From NCBI GenBank assembly GCA_977030845.1, contig OZ365116.1, forward strand, positions 14,136,001 to 14,200,000: 64,000 bases of DNA. The letters run 5' to 3'. Position numbers and translations under genes: made by a program. Below the pieces are notes generated by a model that was not told the DNA's origin, did not search any database, and saw only the letters and a list, made by a program, of their open reading frames with translations. Shown here piece after piece: positions 37,801-52,461 of this stretch. Within the stretch, counting starts at the first letter, position 1, and each line of letters opens with the position of its first letter. Source of the stretch: Fimbriosthenelais zetlandica. Lineage: Eukaryota.

Positions 37801-39606
37801 CCTCTCATAACACCGAGTGTGCCCTCAAAAAGAGACACAGAGTATATTCATGGGTCACAAGACTCACCACGTCACTTCCGGCGGGAAGAGTGCATCTCCT
37901 GGCAAGGACCTGAGGCAACAATCAAAAGGATGGTGTTTGTGGAGGAAGCATAACTCAGAAGGAAAACTAGGGCTGTGTCGGTGGACATAGGACACTAACT
38001 GAGGCAGGAGGGGCATAGGGCTGACCCATAACTTGTCTGATGTTTCTTCACAAATGATAGTGCCTTCCGCGAAGGAATGCAGCAAAGCAAAGAGACTAGG
38101 TGCACTGCCCGAGGCAAAGTGACAACAGAGAGACTGCAACATATTCCTCCCTACTGTCTGTCCAATGCTTTTTAGTGTCCTTTTGTCCACATAAAAAAAA
38201 CTCTGCTAAGATGGAAGGGAGGTCCATCTACATGGAAAAGACCTGAGAAATAATCAGCCATCCATGTGTGCAGATGCATTTGAATTTGGCTTCCCCGCAA
38301 TTTTCCCAGTAGTAAAAATAATGCAAATGTACATGTAGAAAGTTGTGGTTGATTTATTAACTTTAGTGGCAGGGTACGAGGTAGAAGGGTTATATCATGA
38401 CTTCTGGAAATTTATAGCTAAGTGTACACTGAATTCATGGCTTAGGAGGAAGCGGATTATGTACATATATGCATGATAACTGGCAATCCACACAAAGATG
38501 GCAGCCACCAGTGCATAAATACCCTTCATGATTCTGACAACTGTTACCCTACATTACAAAATATATGAGAGGAATAATCCCACAGCATCACACCAAAATA
38601 ATGCCAGCACAAAATAATGGACACATTTACAGCAAAAATCGACTGAGCGAGAACAATTATTTTAACACCTTCCCTAAATTAGTATCTCATCTTTTGGTTA
38701 TCTTTTGGGCTCAATTAAAGTTTGGATTTTATCTCTGACTAGCCAAGAAGGGGAGGGACATGAGGTCGGCGGGGGAGGTTCCCTGGAGCAGTGGCCTTGT
38801 ATATCATTGACCTGGAGTAGCTCGGGTCTGCTCAGGTCTGCTCGTGTGACCTTCTTCCAAAGGCAATCCCGGATCTCTATATGATTTAACCGGCTTCACG
38901 ATGGCTTGCATGTGCTGTGCATATATGATGGGGGACAGGGGTATACGGGGAGAAAAGAGGGAGACATTGACATGGATAAAGAAAATAACGGATGGTGAGG
39001 GGAGCTTGGATGGCAAGGTAACAGAAAGGGAGGGAGTTTAGCATCAAAGAATCCCCTGTGAGGAATGAAATGTTGAAGGGAAACATGATGTGGCAGGGGG
39101 AGCATGATGAATACAAACATGTAAAATCTCTGTGGTGTTATTTAATGTAATAATGCATTCAGCCTGAAGGGGCAACACTCACAAAAACTACCCCATCATC
39201 ATCCATTCATCTCCCACAGACCCTACAAACATGCCCCCGGGGGGCGGGGGAGCTCCACCCCGGGCATCTAATGAACATCCTCACCGATCATGCTCAAACT
39301 AACATATGTTTGCGGCCATATCTATCAAGACATTTGTCACTCTCAATGAGCTCATGCTCGGTTTATGATAGATGAATGATAAAATATTACGCCCCGAGGT
39401 GCCCCTGATCTATAATATTATCATACAAGAGGCATTCAACTCTGGGATGATTAAAGGAGTTGATTTGAAAGGTTGACATAACTAAAGGTAGTCTAATTAA
39501 TGATGGATAGGGGGAGTACTATTGGTGAACAACAGCCGCCAGGCAATGTCACATGACATGACATGAAGCGACCCCTTCATGTAACAATCTGTCATAACAT
39601 GGGCTG

Positions 39607-39619
39607 AGGTCAAAGGTCA
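39607..39619 (+). promoter_or_regulatory. Perfect DR1 element (intronic)
   Basis: AGGTCA-a-AGGTCA. Confidence 0.35.
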
Positions 39620-42063
39620 TACTTGTTATAGCCCTGGCTCTGTAGGACCGTGACTTGTATACATATAGGAAGTTCCCGGATCAGTCAGTGATCATTATAT
39701 ATACACGAGATGAAATAGAGAGAGCAGAGCCTTTAATATTAGGAACTGATCTAGCTAACTCTAGTTGAGAAACTGTTTTGGAAGTCAGCAACTCGAAGTA
39801 GACTTTTCTATTCATGGCTCATAAAGGTAAAAGTCTTAGCCACAGAAGATCCAAGGAGCATTGTAAGAGGGAGATGGAGGTAGATAGAGGTTAGAAGGAA
39901 TTGGTTAGCAGCCAGTCTTGAGGTAGCAATTGGCAAGTGCTGGGACGTGATAGTTGATTTTGATGAGACAAGACAAGTTGTCAGACAGAGACTGACTGGC
40001 AGAGCAGAATGAGCTTTTAACATGAGAGCTGCTCATTAACTCCCTGATCAGCCAAAACCTCCAACAAATGTAGAGGCTTTTAGCCAGGAACCTTGCTTAT
40101 CGCGGAATCTCATGATCTCCTGCCATCCTCAAGTCCCGTATCATTCCAACAACTCCGTCTATCTGCTTATTCTAGATGAAGAATATCAACTTGTACAGAT
40201 TTGTGGAGGAGAAACATGAGAAGCGCTTTTGGAAATTTCAACTGGTTTTATAGAAGGAAATAAAAAGATATCAATTGTTTATTAGGGAGAGAGTGAGGGA
40301 TGAATTGGAGGTGGTAATATAATGCTGTTTTGTGGGATTGAAAGCCAGTGTTAGAGAACAATTGGAGGCTGGACCAGGCTTTCCACTGACTTTGCCTCTT
40401 CAGACTTTGAAGTGAAGGTAATTATAATTAACTCATTGTAGCAGAACACGCCACTCTTCTGTTTAAAGATGACTATCAGCACGAGAAATGGTCATAGCCA
40501 CTTCTCAACATACAGCAATTAAATTTATCTCCATTCCAAGATCATTGAAAGTTTTTGATAAATGGGACTTCTAACAGAAGAATCCAATCACACTTGGAGG
40601 TTGAAAAGTTGTTTCCAAGTTCGCCTTTCTGAGAGGGAGTGATAAAGGAACTAAGTGGATGAAATTGCTTCTGATTTCCCTGTCTTATCAACTGACATTA
40701 CATTCCTTGTCAGCCGCAACTTGTACTTTTTGATCTGAGGAGTTTTTCAGACAAAAGTTATGCCAATTCCCGAACTGTTATTGAGTTTGTATACTTCTTT
40801 GATTGAATCGCTACAAGAAGCATTAGGGAAATTGACATCAAGAAAGACACTAACTTCTATTCTGATCAACATCAATTAACTGCGTCCTTGAGAGAGGAAA
40901 GTCATACATATTTAGGAGGGCAAGTTCTTTAATTAGAAACTAAAAATGGCCTGCACTCGGGGAAGTGTTTTTGAGATAGTCTTTGGAAAGAGCTCGGACA
41001 GGAAAACAACGGTCTGAGATTGCTTCAATGTTCTGCTTGGGTGAAAGGGAGCAGGTCTTTTGAGGAAACTGCTGTTGACAAGCAAGGCTGAAGGGGAACG
41101 CCTCATACATTCAATCATATTTGCCTGTTTCTTTTCAGTAGACAACAGCCAGTCTGTCCCTGAAGGCAGAGCAACAGATAACCTCCATTTTAGCCCGCAG
41201 TCCAAGACAAACGGAGCCTATTATTAGAGAGATTCAGTGCAAGCTGCAACATGCTCCGCCTTGAGGCTGCAGATAGAAAACCGGAACAAACCGCAGTCAA
41301 AATATTAATTCTGGCGGCTGGACTGTGTGTCAAATGAAGGAGAAAATTGAAATTTCCTTATCAGCATGCAAGACTCGACCACATGAAATATGAATTCAAG
41401 TATTGCTTGGCCAGCAGTAAAAAACCATTCTGCTGTGACTTGCTATCAAGCTTCCAACACTGGGCCTTGGTGGGAGGCTTGCATTTTAAGTGGAGGCGAA
41501 TGGTGAGTATTGGCTTTTGCTCACCATCATTAGGTTTCACGTCATGTGGTGAGTTTTTAATTGCACTCAGCTCCGCTAATTGACTTAGAGGAATGGTGGC
41601 TCTAGCAAGGTTTCCTCTGCCACAACAGGCTCTTTACAACCACACTGATAAACGAGATATTTGGTGCTTGGTGCATCAGCAATGAGAGAAAAATATCATC
41701 AAATATCATTCATTTCTAATCTATGGTTAAATGTCGTGAGTGATAGAAATGGGAAGGTATGATAACAGGAATTACATTGACTACATCTAAGACAAATACG
41801 AACTGAATTAAACATCAATTATAATCTATAAACACCAACAAGTGCAGATTGATCATAATATGTATTGGAATGGAAAAGGCCTAATGTTATGATGCAGGGG
41901 AACAGCAACACAGTAAAATCACTATAGTCAATCTTTAAATGTCACCTCATATATTATAGTAATACAAATGTTTTTTGAGAGTCATAAATTATTCTGGTTA
42001 TTCCACCATTATTATTCATGGACATATATTTCAGAATTTAAGATTGATAATATTATTACTCAC

Positions 42064-42138
42064 CGGTGAAGGGTTTGAACTGTCAGAGCTATCATCTTGT
42101 GCCAATTGCCGTCGTTTCCAATCCTCATACTGTTTAAC
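42064..42138 (-). CDS. SASH1: SASH1-like exon (VKQYEDWKRRQLAQDDSSDSSNPSP)
   Basis: Acceptor ttgttaccttgcag and donor CCG|gtgagt; 75 nt, phase 0-0. Continues the SASH1 alignment (RLKEYEAQHRQ). Not in the ORF track. Confidence 0.85.
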
Positions 42139-42832
42139 CTGCAAGGTAACAAGTTCAAAAAATCAAACTCACTCACATATCATATCTCTTGGAGATCTTG
42201 TATGATTTACTAGTATCCTCAGCAGACTTTAATAAAGAATATTCTATATCATATGTCACATGCCATTGGATCAAGAGTCATGTTTCCTATAGGTGGCACA
42301 AGCTATCAGTTACATTGTCATCATATATCCAGGGTTCCACTGGCCCTGGCATCTTAACTTTCTTATAGTGCAGTAACACGTTCTGCCCCTCAGGCCAATG
42401 TTCAACTGTTGACAGAGAAATATACACGACCACTAAGAGTTGCCTCTCAATTTCCTGTCTGGAAATTAGAGAAGTTGGCAATTGGGCGGTATCGATTTTA
42501 CTGATATACCCCAGGCATGTGAGGAGGAAACCCACGAAGAAAAGTTTAGGCCATATGTACTGAAGTCAACCAGGAATCCCAACAAACGATGTTTTAAGGC
42601 AGCAGTTCTCCACTGCTGCGTTTTGCTTGCGACTATACTGCGAAAAAGGTGATGTTTGTGCCGCCATGGAAAATTTACCAGTGGAGACCTGTAGGTATTG
42701 GACACTTGGACAACAATATATTGATTTTATTGCGAGACAAGCATCACCTTTTCCCAATAGTGTCGCAAGCAAAATCGCAGCAGTGGAGTTTAAAGAGTTT
42801 GGGAAGGAGCACTGAATGAAAACAATACTCAC

Positions 42833-43047
42833 CGTCTCTACAGCATCGTGCATGGAGAGTTTGCCTTCCTTGACGAGTAGCATGAGTTCAATCCGCTCCT
42901 CATCTGGCATTGTGATCTGACTGGCATGAAGGTCGCCTTCATGTTGCTTGTAGATGTACTTCCTGCCTGACCGCCGGACAGTCATACTCTTAAAGAAACG
43001 CCCAATTCCTGACTTCTTCTTTAATGTGCTCTCTCCATCTCCCATTT
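42833..43047 (-). CDS. SASH1: SASH1-like exon with conserved N-terminal motif (EMGDGESTLKKKSGIGRFFKSM...ASQITMPDEERIELMLLVKEGKLSMHDAVET)
   Basis: Acceptor gattttctcttttcag and donor ACG|gtgagt; phase 1 to 0. The peptide resembles SASH1 [29 protein letters not shown]. Confidence 0.92.
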
Positions 43048-45031
43048 CTGAAAAGAGAAAATCATGTTGAATGGACAACAAACCTGAGAAAGATCATGAA
43101 AATTTACGAACACAAAAGATTGTAGCAGATGCGATTGAATGCCGGAAGATAAGATGAGAATATATGCAGCAGTTTTGCTGGTGAATAAACCAAAAAGCTG
43201 GTCGTGTTAATTGCTTGCTGGAAAAAGTCACTCAATTCATCCCCCGTGCGTCTGAACTTAGCATGACCATACCTGGAGGCCACATACCATAAAACAAGAC
43301 TTAAATCTTGCGGCGAAGGATAACAAAGTAATCCTTATTGGCTGCAATCTGCCGTAAGCAGTGAATTTAAAGTGATATTCCTAATAGACTAGTTCTGTTT
43401 TGTGCGCCTAAGTTGGTGCCACTTCAATCTGTATGCAAATGAATGGGAACACCAATCTGTGTACTTTTCTTGAGGAATGAGAACAGGCTGATTTGATTTA
43501 TAATTCAACTGTATTGTGGGGTCTGTAAAATGGTTCAAGAGTGATACAATAGTAGTCAAATGATAAGAATACCCCTAACTACAAATGTCTCTGTAAGAAG
43601 CTATAACATACTTTTATATTTAACAAATGAAATACGTTCAAAGATATGAAGTTGTCCATCAATGAACGGCTCAGAAGTCCTTCCAATAATGAAATTCCGA
43701 TATCAAACACACTTTATAAAGGAATTAATATTTCAACTTGACTTATTCTCAGGATTAGCAGAACGTTTGTAGGGTAGCCTAGGCATTACCATAACATTTC
43801 AATATGGAAGGGGTAGTTTTTCCCCAATATACCGATTTGGAGCTTCAGAGTGCGAGGGATTAACCATGAAATGGTGAGAGGAAGACTGGAGCTGATCCCT
43901 CCATCAAATGCTGTTAGGATTAACCAACCCTGGATAAGAGATAATCCTGGGTCAGCAGCCTCCGGGCAGGAATCAGCCACGTTCCTCCACCTCCACCCAG
44001 CTTCATCAGTGGTGAGTCATAGAACTAAGCACAGACCAGTGACAAAAGCTTGTGACGATAAACGTCTGTTCGCAGCGGAGGACCCTTCTTCTGGATTTTC
44101 TAGGTCGCTGCCAGCAATTGTCAATTTAATAATTTCATGAGCGTGAATGGATTTTAAAGAAAAAAAAGTTGGAGTTAGAAGAATGAAGGCCTGGGGGTAA
44201 AGGCAGAGCGGAATACTGTCTGCAGCGCATGCCGATCACCAGAAAGATCTATTGAAAGGAATTCTTCAAAAGGGCTCTTGAGAAATCCAAAAGATTGCTA
44301 TGAAATCCAGTCCCTTAGCTACTCAGATACCATTAAATGAAATGAATAGTAAGGAGAATGGAAGCATGTGTTCAGATTGAGGGGATGACAGGTGAATGAC
44401 AGTGGAAGATGTATCTAATTATGACGGCATTCACCAGAGAACTGTTCTGCTTCAATGAACACCAGTCTATGCATTCTGATGAGGCCTGGCTCAACCAGCG
44501 CCTAATCCCATATTTATAATAGATACAGTCAGTCACAGGGGCATTAATCCACTAACTCATTTTACTAGAGGAGCAAAATGGCTGATTTACAGCACAATAT
44601 CAGCCCATCTCAGCCCGCAGATTGAATGTCAGTGAGTGGAGCTGGGATGTATGAAACCATGGTGGTCATTTGGTGGTCTGACCTCAGAGGATCACCCTGA
44701 TTACTACTGGGGATCACGGGGGCTGGGGCTGAGATCCAAGTGTTACCTAACATCTTATATCACCTCACATAAGGCTCACAGGGGGGTGTTGGTAATCGGT
44801 TAATCTCTGTGTGGTTAGGTGCTCCAGTATCTTGGATAATTCAATCCGTCCAGGCAGGAGGAGGAAGGTTAACACCGTGGAGGTGGGTTAATCAAGTCGT
44901 CCTCATGCTGCACCATACACTTGCTCCAGTGTTTGACAATAGACAGGGTGATTGACAGGCCCTGTTTTACCTTGTTATCTTTGTGTGCTCATATATACTC
45001 TCAGCTCAGCTATATGTTTAGTGCACTTTCA

Positions 45032-45121
45032 CTATATTTGACAGCTGTGACAGTGGCTCAGCTATATTTGACAGCAGTGACAGTGGCTCAGCTATATTTG
45101 ACAGCAGTGACAGTGGCTCAG
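45032..45121. repeat. 30-bp minisatellite x3
   Basis: ctatatttgacagc(t/a)gtgacagtggctcag at 45032, 45062 and 45092. Confidence 0.95.
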
Positions 45122-48100
45122 TTTTCACAGGTGTAAATACAAAACCTAGCATGTTTATATTTGCGCAATCGAATTCAGGTTCTGACCAATGCATCACACT
45201 GAGCCTCCCCAGTTCAAATTTCATTGATAGAGAGAGTTAATTTATCAAGGCTGTCAGAGAGAGTTGAACATACTAGCTCCAAAACAGGATATTAAAACAC
45301 ATCTGATTGAAATACCTTTTAGAAAGGACCAGGATGTTGATTAAGAGCTGTTGCTAATTAAGAGCATTCCAAAGGGAGCGAAGCTTCCAATATCAGAATG
45401 TGATATTGAATAGGATGCTGTGAATATCTGAAATCATTCCTGGAAACGTTTAGACTGCTAGCGATGCGCTGTCAGCTGACTTGTATCTGTCAGCAGGGAG
45501 GTGGGACTTATTGAAGAGAGCAATAAGTTTAATTAAGGCAGGGGGATGCTCTAAATGAAACGTGAGTCAAATATTGCCATTATACTCTCAGTTTACAAGT
45601 GTGGGATGAGCGAATACAGTCTTTCAAGCTTGATGACAGGCCGCTAAGCACTGAATCAATGCAGGGCAATACAGCGATATTGGAAAGGAATTTAAGGATT
45701 TTGTTATAAGAAAAAGGTCACATCTCATCAGCATATTGCTTGATTTCACAAGCAAGATAATTTCAGAACATTTAGCCCGCAGAATATCATTTTGCTTGGT
45801 TGTTCCAAGTCCTATAGCCTATTCCCACCCTAGCAAATTAACAGTTGAGCTTCATTAGTTTCATTCAGATGGATCTTCTACTCTCTGGTCCTTCACAACT
45901 GGATATGAAGGATCAAATTACTCGCCCAGTCCCCTGCTCAGTCACAGCACACACAATATCTACCACCGGCTCTGATCATGTTTGCTCAATCTGCTGCCAT
46001 ACGTCTTGGTGCGAGACTTGAGCGGGAAATTGTCATTGCTTGTATTCAGCCTGGGCATGCCACACTGTGGTCATAGCTGGAGAAAGGCAGAATATTTGAG
46101 AGTTAGAGGTAATAAGCAAAGAGAGCTGGAGACATGGGGGACTGGAAGGGGGTGTAGGGGAAGGAAGGGGGTGGGGGTGAGCAGTGTAGTATGCTATTGT
46201 ACCACCTCTAATGACTGGCAGGTTCAACGAGCTCCATCCAGTGGCTCTATTGTCCCCCCTGTCCAATGAACCTCATTCAAATCCATCAGCTCTCACCCAG
46301 CCGCTGCAGCCAAACATTTTAAGAGAAATGTCAGGGAAGTTTGTCATATTTCCCCTCAGGCTACTCTGAGGTGAACCGACCAGACCAACAGCATCTATTG
46401 TCGCTCAGCGATAATGAGTGAAGTATTCAAAGAGGGCGATAATAGCAGAATCTTCTTACATTATCGCCCATAGTGTTTAGGACAAGGAAGATGACACATC
46501 CTCTGAGCAGACTGAGCCACAATCGTTAACAAGCAGCCAGCAAAACAGGTTAAGTCTTAACGAGGTCCTAATTGTCATTGAGAGCGTTTGTTAAGCGTTC
46601 CCTCATCAATGGGGAAAAACGGGCCGAGTGGGCTTGTAATTATCTGGGATTGCCTCAAGAAAGATAACTGGCATGAAAGAAGTAAGCCACTGCTTCTTCA
46701 TAGACTGATTCATTATGCTCACTTGACTTGAAAATCGCTCGCTTCATCATGCCGCCCGTCAGTGTGTATTTGAAAATGGTTATTGTAGAAAATGGGGGCA
46801 TTGAGCATGTGAGGGAAGTGGAATTTTACAAAATCAATACTTAGCGTTCCCTTGTATGAAGAATGAATGTTTTTGTCAGCCTAAAGATATAGCACTCGAT
46901 AACGGGGCTCGAGTTTCTGAGACTAGCATGCGAATATGAGATGTTGAATTGAAGACAAATTACCAGTCAAGCAGACTGGAAATATCAGGGACGGTAATAA
47001 GTCATAAAATGAAATTAAGAATAGAACTGATTATCAGTGGAATATTTGGTAGAACCTAATCTCTGAAGGTTTATGCAAAAACAACCTCCGAAGTATTTCT
47101 GAACGTCAACAAGAGTATTCCCCAAAAGCTCCCTTGGGTGAAGGACGTGATCAGGGTCATCTAAAAGTTAGACATGTTCTTATAGATTGCATGATCCGAA
47201 ACCCTCCATTTCCATGTAACAATAGTTGGTGCAGTGGGCAAAATGATCATGGAGCTTTTCCATCGTCATCCATCTCATTTTCTGTCCCTCAAGACAAGTC
47301 AAACCTATTTGAGTAGAAAATATTTATACCTTCTTTTATATCTATGGCAGGAAATATTCTGCCAATTATATCGGGATATTTTCTGCAGAGGACAGTTCTG
47401 CAGGGGACGCAATGTGATAAAAGTAAATCAGACTGTCACTAACTCACTAACGCGCATGAAGCATCATGCAGGGACAGAGTTTGTCGACGAAATCCAATAA
47501 CCTTGGCAAGTGTTCATAAAGGATCAATGTGGGCAATAAAACCTACTTATATAATGCATTGACTGCATTTGTAAATCAGCAATTATGGGAACAAATACCA
47601 ATGTTCATAAAGTATGGCCCAGGTGCCCAGGTGTCATTAGAGTTCATAAATCAAAGGATGTTCTCGTAAAGCCCAATTATAGCTGTTCACCAAGAATTAG
47701 AGAAATCATGAGATGGCAAAGATGATGGTCTGCTGATTTGGGGATGGAATATTTGAAAAGGAAAGTATATCAGAATGGCAAGAATAGCCTTGGAAATGAG
47801 CGATGTTTGAGGGGGAAACTTTTGGAATATTTCATCTAGGATATATGGGAGCCGTGGAGTAGTGTGGAGGATACTGGAGCCCCATGCCGGCCTGTCATCT
47901 CTCACTCATCCACCCCCACCAGTCTGACATGCTTTATTGGAGGGTTATGATTTATTTATTGGCTTGTTGTTCCAGCCTTGTGGCTGACTATATGGCGATC
48001 TGTCTGACGCTCGTTCCTTGTAATGTGAATGATATGACATGTATATTGTCTACCTTACTGCTTTTTATGGCCCTTTTGAGAGCAGTGGCTTTTGTGAATG

Positions 48101-49983
48101 AATATAGATATGGACTCAAGGCCATGGTTAGTTTCTTGATTTCTTCATGCATGTATCTTTATGTCTCAAGCATAACTACTTTGGCAATTATTAAATAACA
48201 GAAATTCTTGCTACAATTGTGTATGGTGTGTATATTTCCCAGTTCAAACAAGTGAATCGTGACACAGCTATGAGGAGAAAACAAGAGCTCTGACGGATTA
48301 TGTAGTAAGCAATATTAACTTAGATTCCACAAGGGAACAATGCACGTATATCACTTGTAAAGCAAAGAGTGACGGCGGGCCCTCATCGTGATCTTTCTCT
48401 CTCCCGTCACTTTTAATCGTCAGGCAGAAGTAGCTGTTCTCTGCTTACAATCCCTCCTGGGCACGTTCTCCCTCAATTTTACTTTTCTTGAGATGTAGAG
48501 AGGTCTTACAGGAACAGGGGCACGTGCCTATTTCTATTCTCTTTGCTCTGTAACAGAGAGCAAGCCTTGCTTCTTGTTCTAAGGGAATAATCAAGGCCGA
48601 ACTACACGACTTTATTCTGTGTACAGGGAATATATATAGTGGCGAGGTTGCGCTGTCATTAATAAACTTGCTTTTATAAATGTATATACAAGAAGGGATA
48701 TGTATCAATGGTGCAAGTGCCAAGGCAAATTACATGTAGGCGAATATGCCCAGAGAAGATATTTATATGAATTGAAGGTAGAGGGCTTCAACCAGCATAC
48801 TTCATATATAGATACTCAATCAGTACACACTATCATACTGTGGATTATAACAGAGCTCCAATCTGCATACATACACAATTCCTACATATGCCTCTCCCCC
48901 TTCCCCTTCTACTCGACTGGCCTACACCATTTGCTGGCCTGTTGGAGTGTGAAATGCCGGTCTACATATTGGTGGAACTTTATGATTTATATGAGAATGA
49001 CAGAGGGCAGTCATCACAGTAGGGAGTTGGGTGTAGCCAGCAGTGTGTATTTGGCTACAGTCTCCTGTCATTTCCACCCTTCTAGTAATGTGCGTCCGTC
49101 TATTCTCGATTGCCTTGGTAATTTGTCGGCCGGATCAAACTGTGGAGCACATACCCATGAGTACTGCCTATTGGTCTGGAGGGGCACGTTCATGATTGGT
49201 AGACTCAATATTCTACCTATTCCACTGTGGCCTTACTCTGCAGATTAAACAAAACCTAACAAACAGATCAAAGGCAATCATGGAAGTGGCGGGGAGTTGA
49301 GGTCGGCGAGTCAGGGATCTAAGGCAATGCTCTAACATTGCTGACTTCCTCAGCCAGGCTTCTACAGGACAAAGTATAGAGGCTGGGGATTGGGTCCCCA
49401 ACCTCTCGGGAGCACAACAAAAAAGGAAGAAGCGTGGATGGGAGCTCAGCGATTGGCTGGTGCTTGGCAGTCTGATCATCGGCCTAATTATGGCTACAAA
49501 CAAGCATTGCTTGTATGTGTATCGTCGATTGTAGCAGGAGAGTGTTTGGTGGGTGAGGGGGTGGGTGGGCTCCCAGCCTCACATCAAAAGCCTCACTTCC
49601 ATCCTCTCAAGCCTCCCTTTGAGGCTACAGGGCCTCCATTCCACTTTGTGGAGTCTCGTTTTGAGTCCATATGGGAGGCAATGCTCCGTAGAGAGGTGGT
49701 GGGAGATTGTACGTCTAATAAACCACTCTCACTCACTGCTGATTCTGCTGGTTCATTTCCGGCGGGTGCCATGAGCATGCGCCAATGTTTGACTTGGGGT
49801 TGGTTGACAGTGAGGCGGGAAAATGATCAAGTGGGGAAGCAGGTCCACAGGGCTTCACAACAAAGACTTCAGTCTCGGGTATCAATACCCAAAGTTGCAA
49901 AAACACTTAGTGTCCACCGTGCCACGCTAATCCCTCTGTGAGACGTAGCGGAGGGAAAAAGCCCTGCAGAAAGTAACCACCGA

Positions 49984-49995
49984 TGCGCATGCGCA
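49984..49995. promoter_or_regulatory. Perfect NRF1/P3A2 palindrome
   Basis: TGCGCATGCGCA. Confidence 0.4.
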
Positions 49996-52246
49996 AAACA
50001 AATTTATTCAATACAAACGTGCTCATGTCCCAATACGGAAAGGATTAGCCAGCAAGTTCATATCAATAATTATACTTATAATTTCATGATGAAAAAAAAA
50101 GACTTATTGGGTTTGGTGAAAATCAATGCTATCTGGCATAGACTGCAAACACAGCACATTAATGCGGGAAGTAATTGGGAATTCAAAAACTTCTCTGCCT
50201 TTGCATACTGATTAATCTACAGTCACATAGCCACATGAAGCACGGCCATATTCCACAGTGACAAGCGTATTTCACATCCCCCTCCAGGCTGCTTTCTTAA
50301 TTTTTTAAATCAATCTTTCCACCGCAACGTAATCTCTGAGAAAATAAATAGGATAAGAAGCTAAACAAAGCAGTGGCTAAGACATGGCCGATCCATAATT
50401 GAATTCCCCTGCCTCTGAGAGACATTTCTTTAATTGCTCATCAGAGTGCACCAAGCTCGGTTAGTGCCATATTTGGTCAGCAAGTCTTACCATCAATTTC
50501 TTACCCATTGTTTTCATGGATGATGGACGAAAGTGGAGCTGACGCTGACGTGCTTTGAGTAAAATGATGGTCTTTGTAAATCTTAATCCTTGGTGATGAA
50601 ATTGAGGGGGAAACTGAAGCAGGAGGTAAATATTGCAAGGCAGTTGTGAAGCTGGATCAGGTTTCCTGAATATCCTGGCCAAACACTGAAGGACTGGTGC
50701 CCAGGAGATATGGTTTGCACCACGGTAATTAAAGGCAAAATGCCCAATATTGACTCAACTTCAAACCAAGTGGAAGATTCCAGTATCGAATTTTCCAGCT
50801 TATTCACGGTCAGTGCCTGTAGTTTTTTTCAAGCTCCTATGTATTATAATGGGTCAGTGAATGGACTTCAATGATATAGAAGTTTAGCCTGGGTAGAATG
50901 CATGGGAGCGAGCGGGGTGAGCATTTTTATGGCCAATAATGTTTTCAATATATTAGCATTAGAATGGAGTTCACTTACACTTACGAGGCTATAGCATGTC
51001 AGTGAAGTGTTTTAACATTGCATTAAACTCCATGCACACAAAAATCCATTATACTAAAGAACAACAAGGCCAGTAAAATAGGATATCTTATAAAGGGGGC
51101 AACGATATAGCTTCTTTGCCAGCATGGTTAGAATGTCCCGGTTTAGGTTATAGGTACCAAACTGCACCAGATATCACTCTAGTGCTCAACTGATTGGGAT
51201 CCCTGATCAGAAGGCCAGCCACTATCTCAATACGGCACTGATTGCCCCAATGTTTAGAGAAACAATAGTCCATCACTCGCCTGACCGCCATCAGGCCTGG
51301 CTTGGATTGCCTAGCACCCTGCCCCAACATTAATGAAAAACCCCAATAAGAGCCAGATATGTTTCCATAATGTATTGACCACCGATGTGAAGGAGCCGAG
51401 GGACAATAGCCTGAGCACACTCTGTGGTGTGCACCCCGATGAATCTGACTCCGCCAAATGACATGCCTAGTAGGAGGTCAGCCTTCTGCAAATATTACCA
51501 GTATAAAAGCCCACCTGGTCAAGAAAATCTAATCTTTTACAAGTATTTGCATGTGGAATGGAGCAAAAACATCTGCTGGCAAGTTCTTCAATAGCTGTCT
51601 GCTCCCGCTTTGATGTTTTCAAACAAGACCATTGATTGAGAGGTTGGAATCGCGCTGAGCGGAACAAATCAATATTGGGCACAGATTTTATACTCCTGAA
51701 TCCAGAACAGGATCGAGTAAAAGCTCCATTATATTTTCTTGAACTTTGAACATTATAATAAGCATGGTGTGTTAGTCTCTTTGGTGTAAAGAAAGCAGGA
51801 CAGGAATGATTAATTATACATGGGCTATTATAGATAATGAGAAACAGTTGCTTGAGAGATTATTATGGAGAGTGTTAGCGGGTATTCTGATGCTTGGCAG
51901 TAAACAGGCACGGTGATATATGACTTATTAAGTCAAATATATGATACACTGTTACCAATAAGAGCGACAGATACAACAGCTTTGACCTTCTGGTCAGGAC
52001 AAAGATAGATCAATGTAGCTTTATGTGAGAAAGATTACACATTAATTCAGCTGCCGCCATTCAACAGGTCAACCTTGGTGAGTCAGTTTTAGGTCTAAAA
52101 TGGATTTAACCCACAAATAAGTGGATAGTAACTAACAATGTAGGCAGCAAACTAGAAGAATTATGATGTTTCGGTTGTAGAAAGTTTCCGCTTCGTAATG
52201 CAGGCCTACCAGAGATCAATCATATCATCTCTAGGAGGAGATTCAG

Positions 52247-52260
52247 CCACAAGGGGGCAG
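52247..52260 (+). promoter_or_regulatory. CTCF-like motif
   Basis: CCACAAGGGGGCAG, 13/14 to CCRSYAGRKGGCRS, about 150 bp from the candidate exon at 52409. Confidence 0.3.
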
Positions 52261-52408
52261 CCTATTTAACCCCGTGACATCCCATGCTGCCCTCTCTGAC
52301 TACTCATCTGTTTATGATAGATAGCTTTCCCCAAAAACCCGTCTTTCTCCGTTTTTCCTCTCCCTTTTCCACCCAACAACCCATGAATATTCATTAAGCA
52401 TCACTGAC

Positions 52409-52461
52409 CTGTCAGCTCGAACTCATTTGCATGAGAATTAGAATCAGCATGGACCGGAGAT
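52409..52461 (-). CDS. SASH1: SASH1-like candidate upstream coding exon (SPVHADSNSHANEFELT), phase 2 to 1
   Basis: Strong acceptor cctttctcattttgtctcctttcag and donor ACAG|gtcagt. Only one frame is open, and its end phase (1) fits the exon starting at 43047. Confidence 0.55.

Larger units (their letters stand above)
24624..52461 (-). other. SASH1: SASH1/SAMSN1 (SLy-family) SAM-domain adaptor gene, multi-exon, 5' end not resolved
   Basis: Nine GT-AG exons join in frame (53+215+75+226+1055+78+273+151+884 = 3010 nt, i.e. 1 nt plus 1003 codons including the stop). The translation matches remembered human SASH1 motifs: [37 protein letters not shown] and the SAM segment [63 protein letters not shown]. 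Confidence 0.88.

Noticed and set aside
44037-44107. Possible exon DLENPEEGSSAANRRLSSQAFVT (phase 2 to 1)
   Set aside because: Phases are compatible, but the acceptor lacks a pyrimidine tract and the donor (gtctgt) is weak; no homology support.
45018-45224. ORFs with repeated peptides (EPLSLLSNIA / AQLYLTAVTV)
   Set aside because: Artefact of the 30-bp minisatellite.
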